DNA of 64,000 nucleotides from an uncultured Planctomycetota bacterium (GCA_963737655.1 CAVTTN010000002.1:4512001-4576000); one strand, 5' to 3'. Numbered from the stretch's first letter, positions 28,768-39,187 are shown. A program made the numbers and translations. The notes: generated by a model from the sequence alone, not told the origin.

Positions 28768-29508
28768 ATGTCGAATCATGAAAATCCGTCGTCGCGGAAA
28801 CGCGAGCGCAGCACGCGTTATCCGGGGAGCACCCTGGCCGAGAGCGTGGACCTGTGCCGGTTCGTGGAGTCGAAGGGGCTGGACGGCCTGCCCGCCACCG
28901 AGATCGCCACGGCGCTGGGCTATAAGAGCGTGAAGACCAATACCTTTTCTTCGCGCCTGAGCGCCGCCCGGCAGTTCGGCCTCCTGGAGCTGAAGGACGA
29001 GGGGTACGCGCTCACCGCCCTGGCCCGGTCGATCCTCCACCCGGTCGACCCGGCCGACCTGCCGCAGCTCCTCCGCCGGGCGCTGGTCGAACCCCCGCTG
29101 TACGCCGAGCTCGCCGCGAGGCTCGACGGCCGGAAGGTGCCCGAGGCGGCGATCCTCGCCAATGTCCTCTATCATCAACACCAGATCATTTCAACCGCGA
29201 AGGACGCCGCCGCCGAGGTCTTCCTCGAATCGGCCCGGTTCGCCGGCGCCCTGGGCGGCGACGGCGCCTTCTCCCCCCACGGGACCGCCGCCAACACCCC
29301 CGCCCCCGACTCCCGGACGGGGCCGCCCCCCCTCACCAAATCTCCCAATCCTCCCGAACCCCCCAGCTCGACCGTTCGGATCGACCTCCGCCTCTGGGGG
29401 GCCGACGAGGGCAAGACCCTCCGCGTCCGCGCCCCCGAGTCGATCTCCGCCGAGAGCTTCGACCGGCTCATTCAGACGCTCAAATTACACATTCGTATCG
29501 ATTCTTGA
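28768..29508 (+). CDS. Hypothetical protein with winged-helix-like N-terminus
   Basis: YP..TL.E......IATALGY.......SRLSAARQFGLL......LT.LA..I; Pro-rich linker; high GC3. Confidence 0.7.
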   Translation: MSNHENPSSRKRERSTRYPGSTLAESVDLCRFVESKGLDGLPATEIATALGYKSVKTNTFSSRLSAARQFGLLELKDEGYALTALARSILHPVDPADLPQLLRRALVEPPLYAELAARLDGRKVPEAAILANVLYHQHQIISTAKDAAAEVFLESARFAGALGGDGAFSPHGTAANTPAPDSRTGPPPLTKSPNPPEPPSSTVRIDLRLWGADEGKTLRVRAPESISAESFDRLIQTLKLHIRIDS

Positions 29509-29975
29509 CGGATTAGATGTCTTACTATCATAAAATGCGAATTCGGCCCATCTCGAAGCCGGGCGATTCGCCACCTTCCTGAAGATCAAGACCTCCAATC
29601 ATCACGATCTTCGCGCGGGAAGAACTTGACGACACTTCGGGCGAACTTGACGACACATTTCGGCCGAAATCGTCGAAATGGGCGGAATTTGCAGGGAATC
29701 GTCGCGCGCAGTCGGCGTGACCATCGCCAGGATTCGCACGTGAACGTCTTTTGGCGATTTGCGGCGCAAATCTCGCTGGAATTGGGACTTCCCGCCACCG
29801 AATCCTTTCGGCGAATCATCCCTCAAAGAGCCGTTTTGCGTCCGAATCGGCGGACGGCTCGGCCTCCGCTCGTGTCGGCCGGTTCGACGATTTCGAAGCG
29901 ATCGGAGGGTGTCACCCCCGCTCGTCCGAGCCATTTGGGGTGATCGCCGGGGCTGGCCGGTCGCGATGATCCCTC

Positions 29976-30398
29976 TCAGGAGGTACGGACCTCGATCCGC
30001 CGGGCCCGGGCGCGGTCGGCCCGGGGCAGGGTCAGCCGGAGGACGCCGTCTCGCAGCTCGGCGCGGATCTGGTCGCGCTGGACCTCGTCGCTGAGGATGA
30101 ACGAGCGGTAGTACTCGACGGTCCGCGTTTCCTCATGAAGCACCCGCGCCCCTTCGGGCACGGGTCTCGCCACGCGAGCGTGCAGGTGGAGGATATTTTG
30201 TTCCAGCTCGACCCTCAACGACGAATCGGCGACTCCAGGCAGGTCGGCCTCCAGGATCAACCCCTCGGGCCCCTCGTGGATGTCGATGGCCGGACTGGCC
30301 GCCGAGGCCGGCGCCTGGAGGGTGGGCGGAGAGTCGGGCTCGCCGGCCGCGCCGCCGGGCGTCGTCGAGATCCGGATCGATCGGTGTTCGCCGTTCAT
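29976..30398 (-). CDS. Hsp20/alpha-crystallin small heat-shock protein
   Basis: PAIDIHE...LEADLPGV; YYRSF.L...V....I.AELRDGVL.LTLP. Confidence 0.9.
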   Translation of the reverse strand: MNGEHRSIRISTTPGGAAGEPDSPPTLQAPASAASPAIDIHEGPEGLILEADLPGVADSSLRVELEQNILHLHARVARPVPEGARVLHEETRTVEYYRSFILSDEVQRDQIRAELRDGVLRLTLPRADRARARRIEVRTS

Positions 30399-30434
30399 CG
30401 CGGTACCCCCGTCTTTCGACCGATCTCGTGGTCC

Positions 30435-30863
30435 TCAAAAGGTTTTGGACACAAGGATCTGCCTCGACGGGGTCTCCGCCGCCCGGGGCAGGAGGACCGT
30501 CAAGACCCCGAGCTCGTAGCGGGCCGAGACGGCCTCGCCATCGACCCGACCGGGCAGGGTGACGCTCCGGGTCCATCGGCCGAACGGCCTCTCCTGCCGC
30601 CGATAGCTCTCCTCGGCGACGGTCTCCGATCGCTTTCGTTCGCCTCGGATCGTCAAGGTTTCGCCGCTGAGTGCCAGGTCGAGGGTCGAGGGGTCGATCC
30701 CCGGCATCTCGGCGACGATCACGAACCGATCGGCGGCTTCGTAGAGGTTCAACGGGGGGAATGGCCGGGCGGCCCGGAACGGTTCGAGGGTCTCGAACAG
30801 CCGCCCGACCTCGCGCCGGAGCTCGCCGATCGGGTCCCATCGCCTCGGGTGAATGCCCGACAT
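30435..30863 (-). CDS. Hsp20/alpha-crystallin small heat-shock protein
   Basis: FPPLNLYE...AEMPG; RQERPFGRW.RS.TLP..VD...V.A.Y..GVL.V.LP. Confidence 0.9.
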   Translation of the reverse strand: MSGIHPRRWDPIGELRREVGRLFETLEPFRAARPFPPLNLYEAADRFVIVAEMPGIDPSTLDLALSGETLTIRGERKRSETVAEESYRRQERPFGRWTRSVTLPGRVDGEAVSARYELGVLTVLLPRAAETPSRQILVSKTF

Positions 30864-31412
30864 CCTCGCCTCCTCGCCCGTTTGGATCGGCCGGATGCGA
30901 AGACCTGATGCAGGATGCATGCCGCAAGCCAGGGAGCCGCGGACATCCCGGCGGTCTTCGTGCCGAAGTACGGGGAAGGCAACGACTTGCAATTTTTTTC
31001 ATTTTGAGACGCGAGGGCCTGGTGCGGTGCCGTGAACGCGGGCGACTGTCGTAATGGCAGAGAATTCCGGCGCCGGGACGCAGGCCGCGAGTTCTGCCGT
31101 TCTGGCATCCGCCGAGCAACGGCCCCGGCCGTTCTCGGAATCGCTCGGGGGATTCTGGCGTCGCCCTTGCCTGGAGTCGGGTTGGGCCGGTCCGCGGCGG
31201 CGGACCGGAGGAAATCGGCCGATCGGCGGGCGGGTTCGGTCCGGAATTCCTCCGAAGATTGCGAATTCGGCGAGCGTCTCCGGCGGATAGTTCTAGAAGA
31301 GGGGTGAGGGATCGGGTTAGAATGGGTGATAGGATGGGCCCGATGGGGCCCGTTCTCTCCGATCGAGACGGGCTTCCCCTCGCCGCTCCAACCGCCTGGC
31401 GGACCCGCCGTT

Positions 31413-32498
31413 ATGATGCGCACCGTGCATTGCCCGAAGTGCCGGGTTGAGCTGACGATCCCCGAGGCGGCCGGCTCCCGCCGGCTGAAATGCCCGAGCT
31501 GCGGCGAGCGGTTCTACCCGCCGGCCGTGGCGGGGGGCACGCCTCGGCCGGCGTCGCCGAAGATCTCGGCTCCGGCGAAGAAGGCGAAGGTGCCGCCGTC
31601 CTCGGGCCAGGTCCCGGCCGGGGGCCGCGGTCCGGGGGCCTCGGACCTCCCGCCGTCTCCGCGAGACCTCCGCGAGACGTTCGACCTGGCCTCCTTGGGC
31701 GAGGACACGGGCCCGCCCCGCCGTTCGCCGACCATCCCGCCGGATATGGCCGATGTGAACGTGCTGTTCAAGGACGACGACGACCTCCCTCGGCGAAGGC
31801 CCCAGGCCGAGGCCCGCTCCAAGGCCCGACGGTGCCCGACGTGCGGGTCGGTCATCCCGGTGGGGATGTCGCTCTGCGGGACGTGCGGGCTCGACCTGGA
31901 CACCGGCCAGAGGATCGACCTGGTCCCCGAGTACGAGGCCCCTCCGCCTCCGCCCGCCCCGCCGGGCCCGCCGGTTTCGGTGGCGATCATCGGCCTGCTG
32001 GCGATCCTCGCGGCCATCGCCGGGGCCTTTGGGGCCTTGACGGCGATTGGCGGACCTGGGGGGATGGCGTTAACTCTCCTGGCGGCCTTCGGGGCGTTCG
32101 CGTCGATCCAGTTCGTTCTGGGGCGATCGCTGAAGCTGATGGTCTGGGCCTTGTTGATGGGTGGGCTGGCCGACATCCTGATGATGATCGTCGTCCCGAT
32201 CGTCTGGGCGGAGGTCGCGCCCATCCTCCCGCCGGAGCCGGGGGTGGCCATCGATGCGACCGAGATCCCCGCCCCGGCTCCGAAGCCCGTCGAGGGCGAC
32301 GACGAGCCGGTCAACCCGGAGGGTAAAATCCTCAAGCCCTTGACGGAGCAAGTGGATACGGCGAGGATCTCGCTCGGGATCGCGCTCTTGCTAGCCGATG
32401 CCATCGCCCTGGGGATCACCGCCTCGCCCGGGGTCCGGAGCCATTTTGACCATCACCGGAAGCATCGGATGGACCTGTCGCCCCTGATGCCCGATTGA
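31413..32498 (+). CDS. Zinc-ribbon-containing membrane protein
   Basis: CPKC..CPSC and CPTC..CGTC pairs, Pro-rich linkers, C-terminal TM helices. Confidence 0.75.
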   Translation: MMRTVHCPKCRVELTIPEAAGSRRLKCPSCGERFYPPAVAGGTPRPASPKISAPAKKAKVPPSSGQVPAGGRGPGASDLPPSPRDLRETFDLASLGEDTGPPRRSPTIPPDMADVNVLFKDDDDLPRRRPQAEARSKARRCPTCGSVIPVGMSLCGTCGLDLDTGQRIDLVPEYEAPPPPPAPPGPPVSVAIIGLLAILAAIAGAFGALTAIGGPGGMALTLLAAFGAFASIQFVLGRSLKLMVWALLMGGLADILMMIVVPIVWAEVAPILPPEPGVAIDATEIPAPAPKPVEGDDEPVNPEGKILKPLTEQVDTARISLGIALLLADAIALGITASPGVRSHFDHHRKHRMDLSPLMPD

Positions 32499-32512
32499 GC
32501 GAGCCGATGGCC

Positions 32513-33781
32513 TCAGGCCGTGGCCGAGTCCAGCGGGCTTCGCCAGATGGGGGTCATGGGGAAGAGGATCCGGGCGGCGTCGATGGCCGTGGCGGTGGAC
32601 GCCTCGACTCCGTCCTCGCTCACGGCGCGGTCGATCCCGGTATGGCCCAGGACCAGCCGGGTGAACGCGGCGGGGGAGAGCGTCAGGTGCCTCCGGCTCA
32701 GCTTGTCGGGTTCGACCCTGGACCCAACCCCATCCACGTGAAGGAGATAGCGGCGGTCCTCGACGGTCAATCCCAGCTCGATCGGCGCGGCGCCGGGTGC
32801 TTCGCCGGCTCGTCTCGCGAGTTCGGGGAGGATCGTTTCGAGGAACCGGCCGGGGTCGGGGATGTGGTACATGGAGGCCGTTCCCTCCCACTCCTCGTTG
32901 TCGATCACCCGTCCGGCGGCCTGGCGGACCTCGTCCAGGGCCGGGTGGTCGTTCGGGGCGTGGATGACGACCTCGGGATAGGCCCGCTCCAGGGCCTCGG
33001 CGCGGACCCGGCCCAGAAGAGCTTTCAGGGCATGGGGATGCGCCGGGTCGCTGGCGATCTCCAGGACTTTGTGGTCCTTGACGAAGGCGTAGCCGCGGAC
33101 CGACTCTCCCTGGCAGGCGACCCAGATCACGTGAGCGTACCGCCGGCCGATGATCCATCGCCAGTAATCTTCCGAACGCATGACGGTGCCGGTGGTTCGG
33201 GCGAACTGACGATCGTACAGGTCCATCAGGTCGTTGAGCTCGACCTGCCGCCAGGGGCGGACGTGCCAGGCCCCTCCCTTGACTTCCAGGAGGCCGTCGC
33301 CGGAGGACGGGAGGTTGCGGCTGAGGATCAGGCCCACGCTCTGCCTCCCGCAAACCCCCCAGCCTAACGGGCGGTAGAAGCGGGGCATGCCGGTGGTCAG
33401 GGCCTGGACGACGGTGCCGTTCTCCCGGGCCCGGCCGTCGGCCAGCCTCAGGAGGTTCTGGGCGAACCCCAGCCCTCGGTATTCCGGCAGGGTGCCGACC
33501 CACATCACCCCGTTCATGGCCATCTGCACCCCTCCGTAGCGGATCATCCGCTCGGTCAGGTGAACATGGCTGACGACCCGGCTCTCGACCTTCGCCAGCA
33601 ATCGCTGATCGGGGCGATAGGCCGGATCGCTCAGGGCGCCGAGGAACGAATCCCGGTCCGGGCCGTGGAAGACGTGCAGGAGGTTCTGATAGACCGCTTC
33701 ATGATCGGCCTCGGTCCCCGCGCAGAACTCGACCGATCCGCGACGATAGGGAAGCCGGGCGACCGGCGGAGAGGCTTTCAT
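32513..33781 (-). CDS. Eis-like GNAT N-acetyltransferase with SCP2-like C-terminus
   Basis: VGTLPEYRGLGFA acetyl-CoA motif, FYRPLGW, second GNAT-like half. Confidence 0.85.
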   Translation of the reverse strand: MKASPPVARLPYRRGSVEFCAGTEADHEAVYQNLLHVFHGPDRDSFLGALSDPAYRPDQRLLAKVESRVVSHVHLTERMIRYGGVQMAMNGVMWVGTLPEYRGLGFAQNLLRLADGRARENGTVVQALTTGMPRFYRPLGWGVCGRQSVGLILSRNLPSSGDGLLEVKGGAWHVRPWRQVELNDLMDLYDRQFARTTGTVMRSEDYWRWIIGRRYAHVIWVACQGESVRGYAFVKDHKVLEIASDPAHPHALKALLGRVRAEALERAYPEVVIHAPNDHPALDEVRQAAGRVIDNEEWEGTASMYHIPDPGRFLETILPELARRAGEAPGAAPIELGLTVEDRRYLLHVDGVGSRVEPDKLSRRHLTLSPAAFTRLVLGHTGIDRAVSEDGVEASTATAIDAARILFPMTPIWRSPLDSATA

Positions 33782-33903
33782 CGGGGCGGACACCTTGATT
33801 CCGACCGGGTGAGGCGGGTCGGTCGATCGGGACGACGGGCCGAGTCCATTTCTTATTCTAGGGGAACCGGGATCGCGTCGCCGCAACCCTGTGGGCGTTC
33901 TTC

Positions 33904-35523
33904 TCATTTTTTTGGGGAGAGGTCCAGGCCCGGCACCGCCCGGGCGATCGCGGCCCGGAGCCTCCGGCCCGAATGGACCGGGAATCCCCATTCGCGGCCC
34001 ATCGCAAGTGCGTTCCTCTTCTCGACTTCCATCTCCAGGAGCCGCTCCTCGCGGGCCGCCTGGCGGAGACCTTCAACCGCCGGCAGCAGCGCGGCATTCT
34101 CCCGGCGGATTGCATGATAGCGCGCAACGCGCTGGCGGTGGGTCTCCTGGGGAAGGCCCACCGCCTGCCGCTTCGCCTCGATCGCCCGGACGATCTCCGG
34201 GGCTCGCGAGTCGGCGAGGAAGCGGTCGGGGTTGTACTCCAGGGTCCGCAGCCGACGATCCAGGCGTCTCCGCCGCGAGGCCGCCTCCGGGTCCGCCTCG
34301 ACCCCGAGCCAGGAGGTCAGCGAGAGCGTCAGGAACTTCGGCGGCTCGAGCCCGAAGAACCCCCGGACGATCTCGTCCCCCAACTCGTCGTATTTCGCCC
34401 CGCCGATCCCGTGCAGGAACAGGTCCCCCAGCAACAGCCGGGCGAACATCGTCGTGGTCAAGGCCCGGGTGCGGATGCGGACGCCCTGCTCGGCCAGCTC
34501 CTCGAGCCGTTCGACGGCGCAACACGCATCCCGGTCGGGAGATAGGGGCAACGTGGCGAACGGTTCGGCCTCGCCGGCGACCCTCAGGGCCATCGATCGC
34601 AGATCCTGCCGGACCATCAACGGCCGACGCCTGGGGAGGGCCTTCCTCCAGACCCACAACGGCGCTTCGAGCCAGTCCCCTTCCCGATCGAGGGCCGCGA
34701 CCGGGTGGTTCTTGCTCCGAATGCCGTAGAGATCTCGATAGCGATCGAGCGCCTCGTTGTGAACCTGGCGAAAGCGGGGGAGATGGGCGAGCAAATGGCT
34801 GGCGAACCAGCCGAACGCCTCGGTCTCGCAGACGGCCCCGAGCGGGACCTCCCAGTTCGCCACGCCCCACGAGTTTTCCAGCCCCCGGCGGGCCGAGGCG
34901 AGCCGGAAGCCCACGCGGTCGGTCGCGTCCCGGGAGGCCAGGGCCAGGGGCCAGGCCGGGTCGATCAAGGGATCGTCGACCAGGCCGCCGAGGGCCTGGC
35001 GGACCCGGTCGCCGAAGCTCTGGAACAGGTCTTCTCGCGAAACGGCCCAGTCTTCGTAAGGGATCTCGCCGGCCCATTCGTCGAACTCGACGAGCGAGGC
35101 CGCCAGCTCGCCTCCGCGACGATGGGGGACTCTCAGCGACGAGCCCTTGGGGATGTCGTTATCGACGATCAGGTTCAAAGCCACGTCGCCGTTTCGACTT
35201 GCGACGGCGTGGGTGGCGAAGTTCTTGACCCAGACGCCGGGATGGAACAGCTCGGGCTGGTGGCCGGTGACGATCCATCGGGCGTCCTTGGCCGGCTCGG
35301 GCGGGAGGGTGGCCCCGAAGCGTCCGAGGAACGATCGGGCGAGGGCGAGGACCTGGCTCCGGGCCATGGCGCGAAGCCGACCGGCCTTCCGGCCCTGGAA
35401 ATCGTGGTCCCAGGAGGCGAGTCGGTCGAGGTTCTCGGCAATGGTGGCGGGGGCCGATTCCCACGGAGGATCGGCCAGGACGCCGCCGTCCTGGCGAGGC
35501 GCCCGGAGGCTGTGGGGCTCCAT
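33904..35523 (-). CDS. BshC-like hypothetical protein
   Basis: IVTGHQPELFHPGVWVKN and LFLHGIGGAKYD motifs, coiled C-terminal segment; TGATG coupling to the upstream GT2 gene. Confidence 0.65.
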   Translation of the reverse strand: MEPHSLRAPRQDGGVLADPPWESAPATIAENLDRLASWDHDFQGRKAGRLRAMARSQVLALARSFLGRFGATLPPEPAKDARWIVTGHQPELFHPGVWVKNFATHAVASRNGDVALNLIVDNDIPKGSSLRVPHRRGGELAASLVEFDEWAGEIPYEDWAVSREDLFQSFGDRVRQALGGLVDDPLIDPAWPLALASRDATDRVGFRLASARRGLENSWGVANWEVPLGAVCETEAFGWFASHLLAHLPRFRQVHNEALDRYRDLYGIRSKNHPVAALDREGDWLEAPLWVWRKALPRRRPLMVRQDLRSMALRVAGEAEPFATLPLSPDRDACCAVERLEELAEQGVRIRTRALTTTMFARLLLGDLFLHGIGGAKYDELGDEIVRGFFGLEPPKFLTLSLTSWLGVEADPEAASRRRRLDRRLRTLEYNPDRFLADSRAPEIVRAIEAKRQAVGLPQETHRQRVARYHAIRRENAALLPAVEGLRQAAREERLLEMEVEKRNALAMGREWGFPVHSGRRLRAAIARAVPGLDLSPKK

Positions 35524-36251
35524 CAAGACTGTCCCCCCGCCGCCGGTTTGTCCCGTTCCAGCCCGCTTTCCCGGATCGCCGCCTCGAAGACGGACCGATA
35601 GTGATTCAGGCGGTACTCGGCGTTGTCCAGGGCCCCGCCGAACGCCCGGTTCTCGTCGAGATAAATCAACGGGACCGGCACCTCGACGATCGTCATCCCC
35701 GCCGCGACGGCCTGGACCCAGACTTGAAGGGGCATGGCATACCCGTCGTCGGTGATGTGGAACTTCGCCAGGGCGGAGGCCCGGTACGCCTTGAACCCGC
35801 AGAACGCATCGGTCAAATTCAGGCCCAGCCGCTCGTTCACCCAGGAGGTAACCTGGACGTTGATCCGCCTCCGGGCCTCGGGAGGGGCCTGGCTCGGGTC
35901 GAAGACCTTGAGGTAGCGGCTCCCGGAGACGATGTCGAACCGATCCAGGGGGGCGGCGACCTCGGGGATCATCCGGGGCTCGTGCTGGCCGTCGCAATCC
36001 AGCGTGACCAGGCCGTCATAGCCGTGTTCCAGGGTGAACCGGAACGCGCTTTGCAGGCCCGCGCCGTAGCCGCGATTCTTCGGGTGGCGGATCACCCGGA
36101 CGTCGGGGAACTGGCGGAGGCGATCGGGCGTGCCGTCGGTCGAGCCGTCATCGACGACCAGGACGTCGCCGGCGAATTTCTGGACCTCGCGGAGGACCGG
36201 CTCCAGGTGGGCCTCTTCGTTGAACACGGGGATCGCGGTCAGGACACGCAT
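35523..36251 (-). CDS. Glycosyltransferase family 2 (DPM1-like)
   Basis: IPVFNE, VDDGSTDGT, NRGYGA, LDCDGQH, DAFCGFKAY. Confidence 0.9.
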   Translation of the reverse strand: MRVLTAIPVFNEEAHLEPVLREVQKFAGDVLVVDDGSTDGTPDRLRQFPDVRVIRHPKNRGYGAGLQSAFRFTLEHGYDGLVTLDCDGQHEPRMIPEVAAPLDRFDIVSGSRYLKVFDPSQAPPEARRRINVQVTSWVNERLGLNLTDAFCGFKAYRASALAKFHITDDGYAMPLQVWVQAVAAGMTIVEVPVPLIYLDENRAFGGALDNAEYRLNHYRSVFEAAIRESGLERDKPAAGGQS

Positions 36252-36485
36252 GGGGGATCGAGTCCCGGGGGGATGTGCGAATCATGAAGGCGCCGTGGGC
36301 ACCCCGTGTGCATCTTCCAGGCCAGCGGCATTCTAGTCGGGGGGAAAGCGGAGTCAACGCGGAGGAAGCCGTCGGGTTGCGGGGGTTGAGCAGAGGGCAG
36401 TGGGCAAGGCCGCCGGGCGCGTGTATGCTGAGACGGCGGAACGTCTTCGGCGGGCGTTCGAGGCGTTCAATCGGGGGACGCACTT

Positions 36486-37493
36486 GTGATCGGCCGAGTC
36501 GTGATCACCCGGGCGATTCCCGAGCCGGGGCCCTCCATGCTCCGCGAGGGGGGCGCGGACGTCGTCGCCCGGTCCGAGGACTCCTCCCTCGATCCGCCGG
36601 GCCTGTGCGAGCTCGTCGCCGGGGCCGACGCGGTGCTTTGCTTGCTGACCGACCGGATCGATTCGCGGGTCCTGGACGCCGCCCGGGGCTGCCGGGTGGT
36701 GGCGAACATGGCCGTGGGCTTCAATAACATCGACGTGGCCGCCGCGACCGATCGGGGAATCCTCGTCACCAACACTCCGGGCGTCCTGACCGATTGCACG
36801 GCCGACCTGGCGTTCGCCCTGATCCTGGGCGTGGCCCGGCGGATGGCCGAGGGCGACCGCGAGATGAGGGCGGGCCGGTTCCCCGGCTGGGGGCCGCTCT
36901 ACATGCTCGGAGGCGAGGTGACCGGGGCCACGCTCGGGCTGGTCGGCCCGGGGCGGATCGCCTCGGCCGTGGCGAGGCGGGCCGCCGGCTTCGCCATGGA
37001 CCTGCTGTATACCGGGAGGCGGGACAGCCCCGAGCTCGACGCCCTGGGCGCCCGCCACGTGCCCCTCGACGAGCTGCTCGCCCGGAGCGACTTCGTCAGC
37101 CTCCACGTCCCGCTGACCGACTCGACCCGCCACCTGATCGACGCCCGGGCCCTGGCCCGGATGAAGCGCTCGGCCTACTTGATCAACACGTCGAGGGGGC
37201 CGGTCGTGGACGAGGCCGCCCTGGTGGCCGCCCTGAAGGCCGGGACGATCGCCGGGGCCGGGCTGGACGTGTACGAGGACGAGCCGAGGATGGCCGAGGG
37301 GCTGGCCGATTGCCCCAACACGGTGCTCCTGCCGCATTTAGGAAGCGCCACGATCGCCACGAGAGCGGCGATGTCCCGGATCGCGGCGGGGAACGTCCTG
37401 GCGGTCCTCCAGGGACGGACGCCGCCGAACCCCGTCAACCCCGAACTGCTCGCGGATCGGACCACCCCCCGGGCCCGGCCCGCTTCCGCCTGA
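36486..37493 (+). CDS. D-2-hydroxyacid dehydrogenase (glyoxylate reductase / D-glycerate dehydrogenase family)
   Basis: AVGFNNID, TNTPGVLT..TAD, INTSRGPVVDE, GAGLDVYE.EP, PHLGSAT. Confidence 0.92.
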   Translation: MIGRVVITRAIPEPGPSMLREGGADVVARSEDSSLDPPGLCELVAGADAVLCLLTDRIDSRVLDAARGCRVVANMAVGFNNIDVAAATDRGILVTNTPGVLTDCTADLAFALILGVARRMAEGDREMRAGRFPGWGPLYMLGGEVTGATLGLVGPGRIASAVARRAAGFAMDLLYTGRRDSPELDALGARHVPLDELLARSDFVSLHVPLTDSTRHLIDARALARMKRSAYLINTSRGPVVDEAALVAALKAGTIAGAGLDVYEDEPRMAEGLADCPNTVLLPHLGSATIATRAAMSRIAAGNVLAVLQGRTPPNPVNPELLADRTTPRARPASA

Positions 37494-37539
37494 TCGGACC
37501 GGGCCGAGCCCGGACGGCCGACTCACCCCCCGAGGTCGC

Positions 37540-39030
37540 ATGGGCGTCTTGAAGTTCCGACTGACCCCGCCCGACCTGGCCTCCCGCCTGCCGGGGCTCC
37601 GCAAGGCGTATGTGACCGGGCTGGACCGCACTCCCGGCCGCTCCTCGGTGGAGATCAAGCCCGGGGTGATGGCCGTCCATCGCGAGTCGCCCGAGAGCGG
37701 CCGTCTGTTCGTCCCCTGGCCGATCGCCGGGTTCGGCGAGCCGATCGTCGGCACGGCCACCCTGGCCGAGAGGGCCGTGGTGTACGACCTGGCCGTGGAG
37801 CTCGCCCGGGGGAAGCTCAATGACGTCCGCAATCAGACGTCCGACTGGCGGCAGATGGGCCTGCCCATCCCCGCTCAGGTCGAGGCCCTCCTGGGACGGT
37901 CCCAGGCGGCCTTCGCCCGGGCGGCGACCTCGCGAGAGGCCCCCGAGGACGCCCTGAAAGCCTCGGCCCAGAGCCTGGAGGCCGCCAGCGGGGCCGCCCG
38001 GGGGCTGGTCGAGGCCTACACCGCCGAGGTCCTCTCCCGGCGCCGCGATCATTCGGCGAAGCTCCCCACGCTGCTGGTCTGCGGACTGGACGGCGCGACC
38101 CGGGGCGCCCCGTGGCTCGACCCCCTGGCCGACGCCTTCAACGCCGCGAGGCTCCGCCTGACCTGGAACCGCGTCGCCCCCGACGAGGGCAAGCATCGCT
38201 GGGACGAGCCCGACGCCCAGCTCGCCTGGGCCCGCAAGAAGGGCCTGACCGTGACCGCCGGCCCCTTGATCGAGTTCCGCAAGGGGGCCCTGCCCGACTG
38301 GCTCTGGCTCTGGGACGGCGATTTCGAGGAGATCCAGTCCCAGGCCCTCGATTATGTCAAGGCCGCCGTCACGCGGTACAAGGGGAAGGTGGCCATCTGG
38401 CACATCGCCCATCGCGTGGCCGAGGGGGACGTCCTGGGGATGGCCGAGGAAGAGCAGGTCCGCCTCACGGCCGGCCTCCTCCAGGCCGCCCGCCGGATCG
38501 ACCCGAACGCCGAGTTCGTCGTCGATTTCGATCGGCCCTGGGGCGAGTGGATGGCCACCAGCGCATTCCAGCTCGGCCCTCTGCACCTGGCCGACTCGCT
38601 GGCCCGGGCGGAGATCGGCCTCGGGGGCGTGGGCCTGGAGATCGCCCCGGGGTTCTCCTCGCCGGGCGGCCATCTCCGCGACCTGCTCGACTTCTCCCGG
38701 CTCCTGGACCTCTTCTCGCTGGTGAACTTGCCCGTGCACGTCTCGATCGCCATGCCCTCGGCCGCCGGGCCCGACCCGAAAGTGGAGACCGGCGTGACCG
38801 TCGAGGCCCACCAGTGGCCCCGACCGCCCGACGAGGCCCTCCAGCGCGAATGGGGGGCCGCCTGGATGGCCCTGGCGGTGGCCAAGCCGTTCGTCCGCAG
38901 CGTGACCTGGCTCCAGGCCGGCGACGCCGCCCCCCACCTCTACCCCCACGCCGGACTCGTCCGACCCGACGGCAAGCCCAAGCCCCTCTTCGACTGGATC
39001 AAGAAGTTCCGGGGCGAATACTTGAGTTGA
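37540..39030 (+). CDS. GH10-like TIM-barrel protein
   Basis: FNA..L...W..V.P.EG...W; LPDWL; V.RYKGKV..W; GL...DGKPKP. Confidence 0.7.
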   Translation: MGVLKFRLTPPDLASRLPGLRKAYVTGLDRTPGRSSVEIKPGVMAVHRESPESGRLFVPWPIAGFGEPIVGTATLAERAVVYDLAVELARGKLNDVRNQTSDWRQMGLPIPAQVEALLGRSQAAFARAATSREAPEDALKASAQSLEAASGAARGLVEAYTAEVLSRRRDHSAKLPTLLVCGLDGATRGAPWLDPLADAFNAARLRLTWNRVAPDEGKHRWDEPDAQLAWARKKGLTVTAGPLIEFRKGALPDWLWLWDGDFEEIQSQALDYVKAAVTRYKGKVAIWHIAHRVAEGDVLGMAEEEQVRLTAGLLQAARRIDPNAEFVVDFDRPWGEWMATSAFQLGPLHLADSLARAEIGLGGVGLEIAPGFSSPGGHLRDLLDFSRLLDLFSLVNLPVHVSIAMPSAAGPDPKVETGVTVEAHQWPRPPDEALQREWGAAWMALAVAKPFVRSVTWLQAGDAAPHLYPHAGLVRPDGKPKPLFDWIKKFRGEYLS

Positions 39031-39051
39031 GGATCGGGCGCATCCGCTTTT

Positions 39052-39187
39052 GTAGGGTGCATGAAATGCACCAGCCACGCGGCGCCCAACGCCCGCCTTC
39101 CGCGTTCCCACCCCCACCAATCGGCAACGGGGAGAATGGAGGGCGGGCGTGGCCCGCCGCGTGGTTGGTGCATTTCATGCACCCGAC
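39052..39187. repeat. REP family C long hairpin (REPIN-like) between convergent genes
   Basis: GTAGGGTGCATGAAATGCACCAGCCACGCGGCG / CGCCGCGTGGTTGGTGCATTTCATGCACCCGAC. Confidence 0.8.

Noticed and set aside
29505..29536. TTGACG with TATCAT/TAAAAT as a sigma70 promoter
   Set aside because: Spacers of 15 or 20 nt are off-consensus.
30864..31100. CIRCE operator upstream of the Hsp20 pair
   Set aside because: No TTAGCACTC-N9-GAGTGCTAA match seen.
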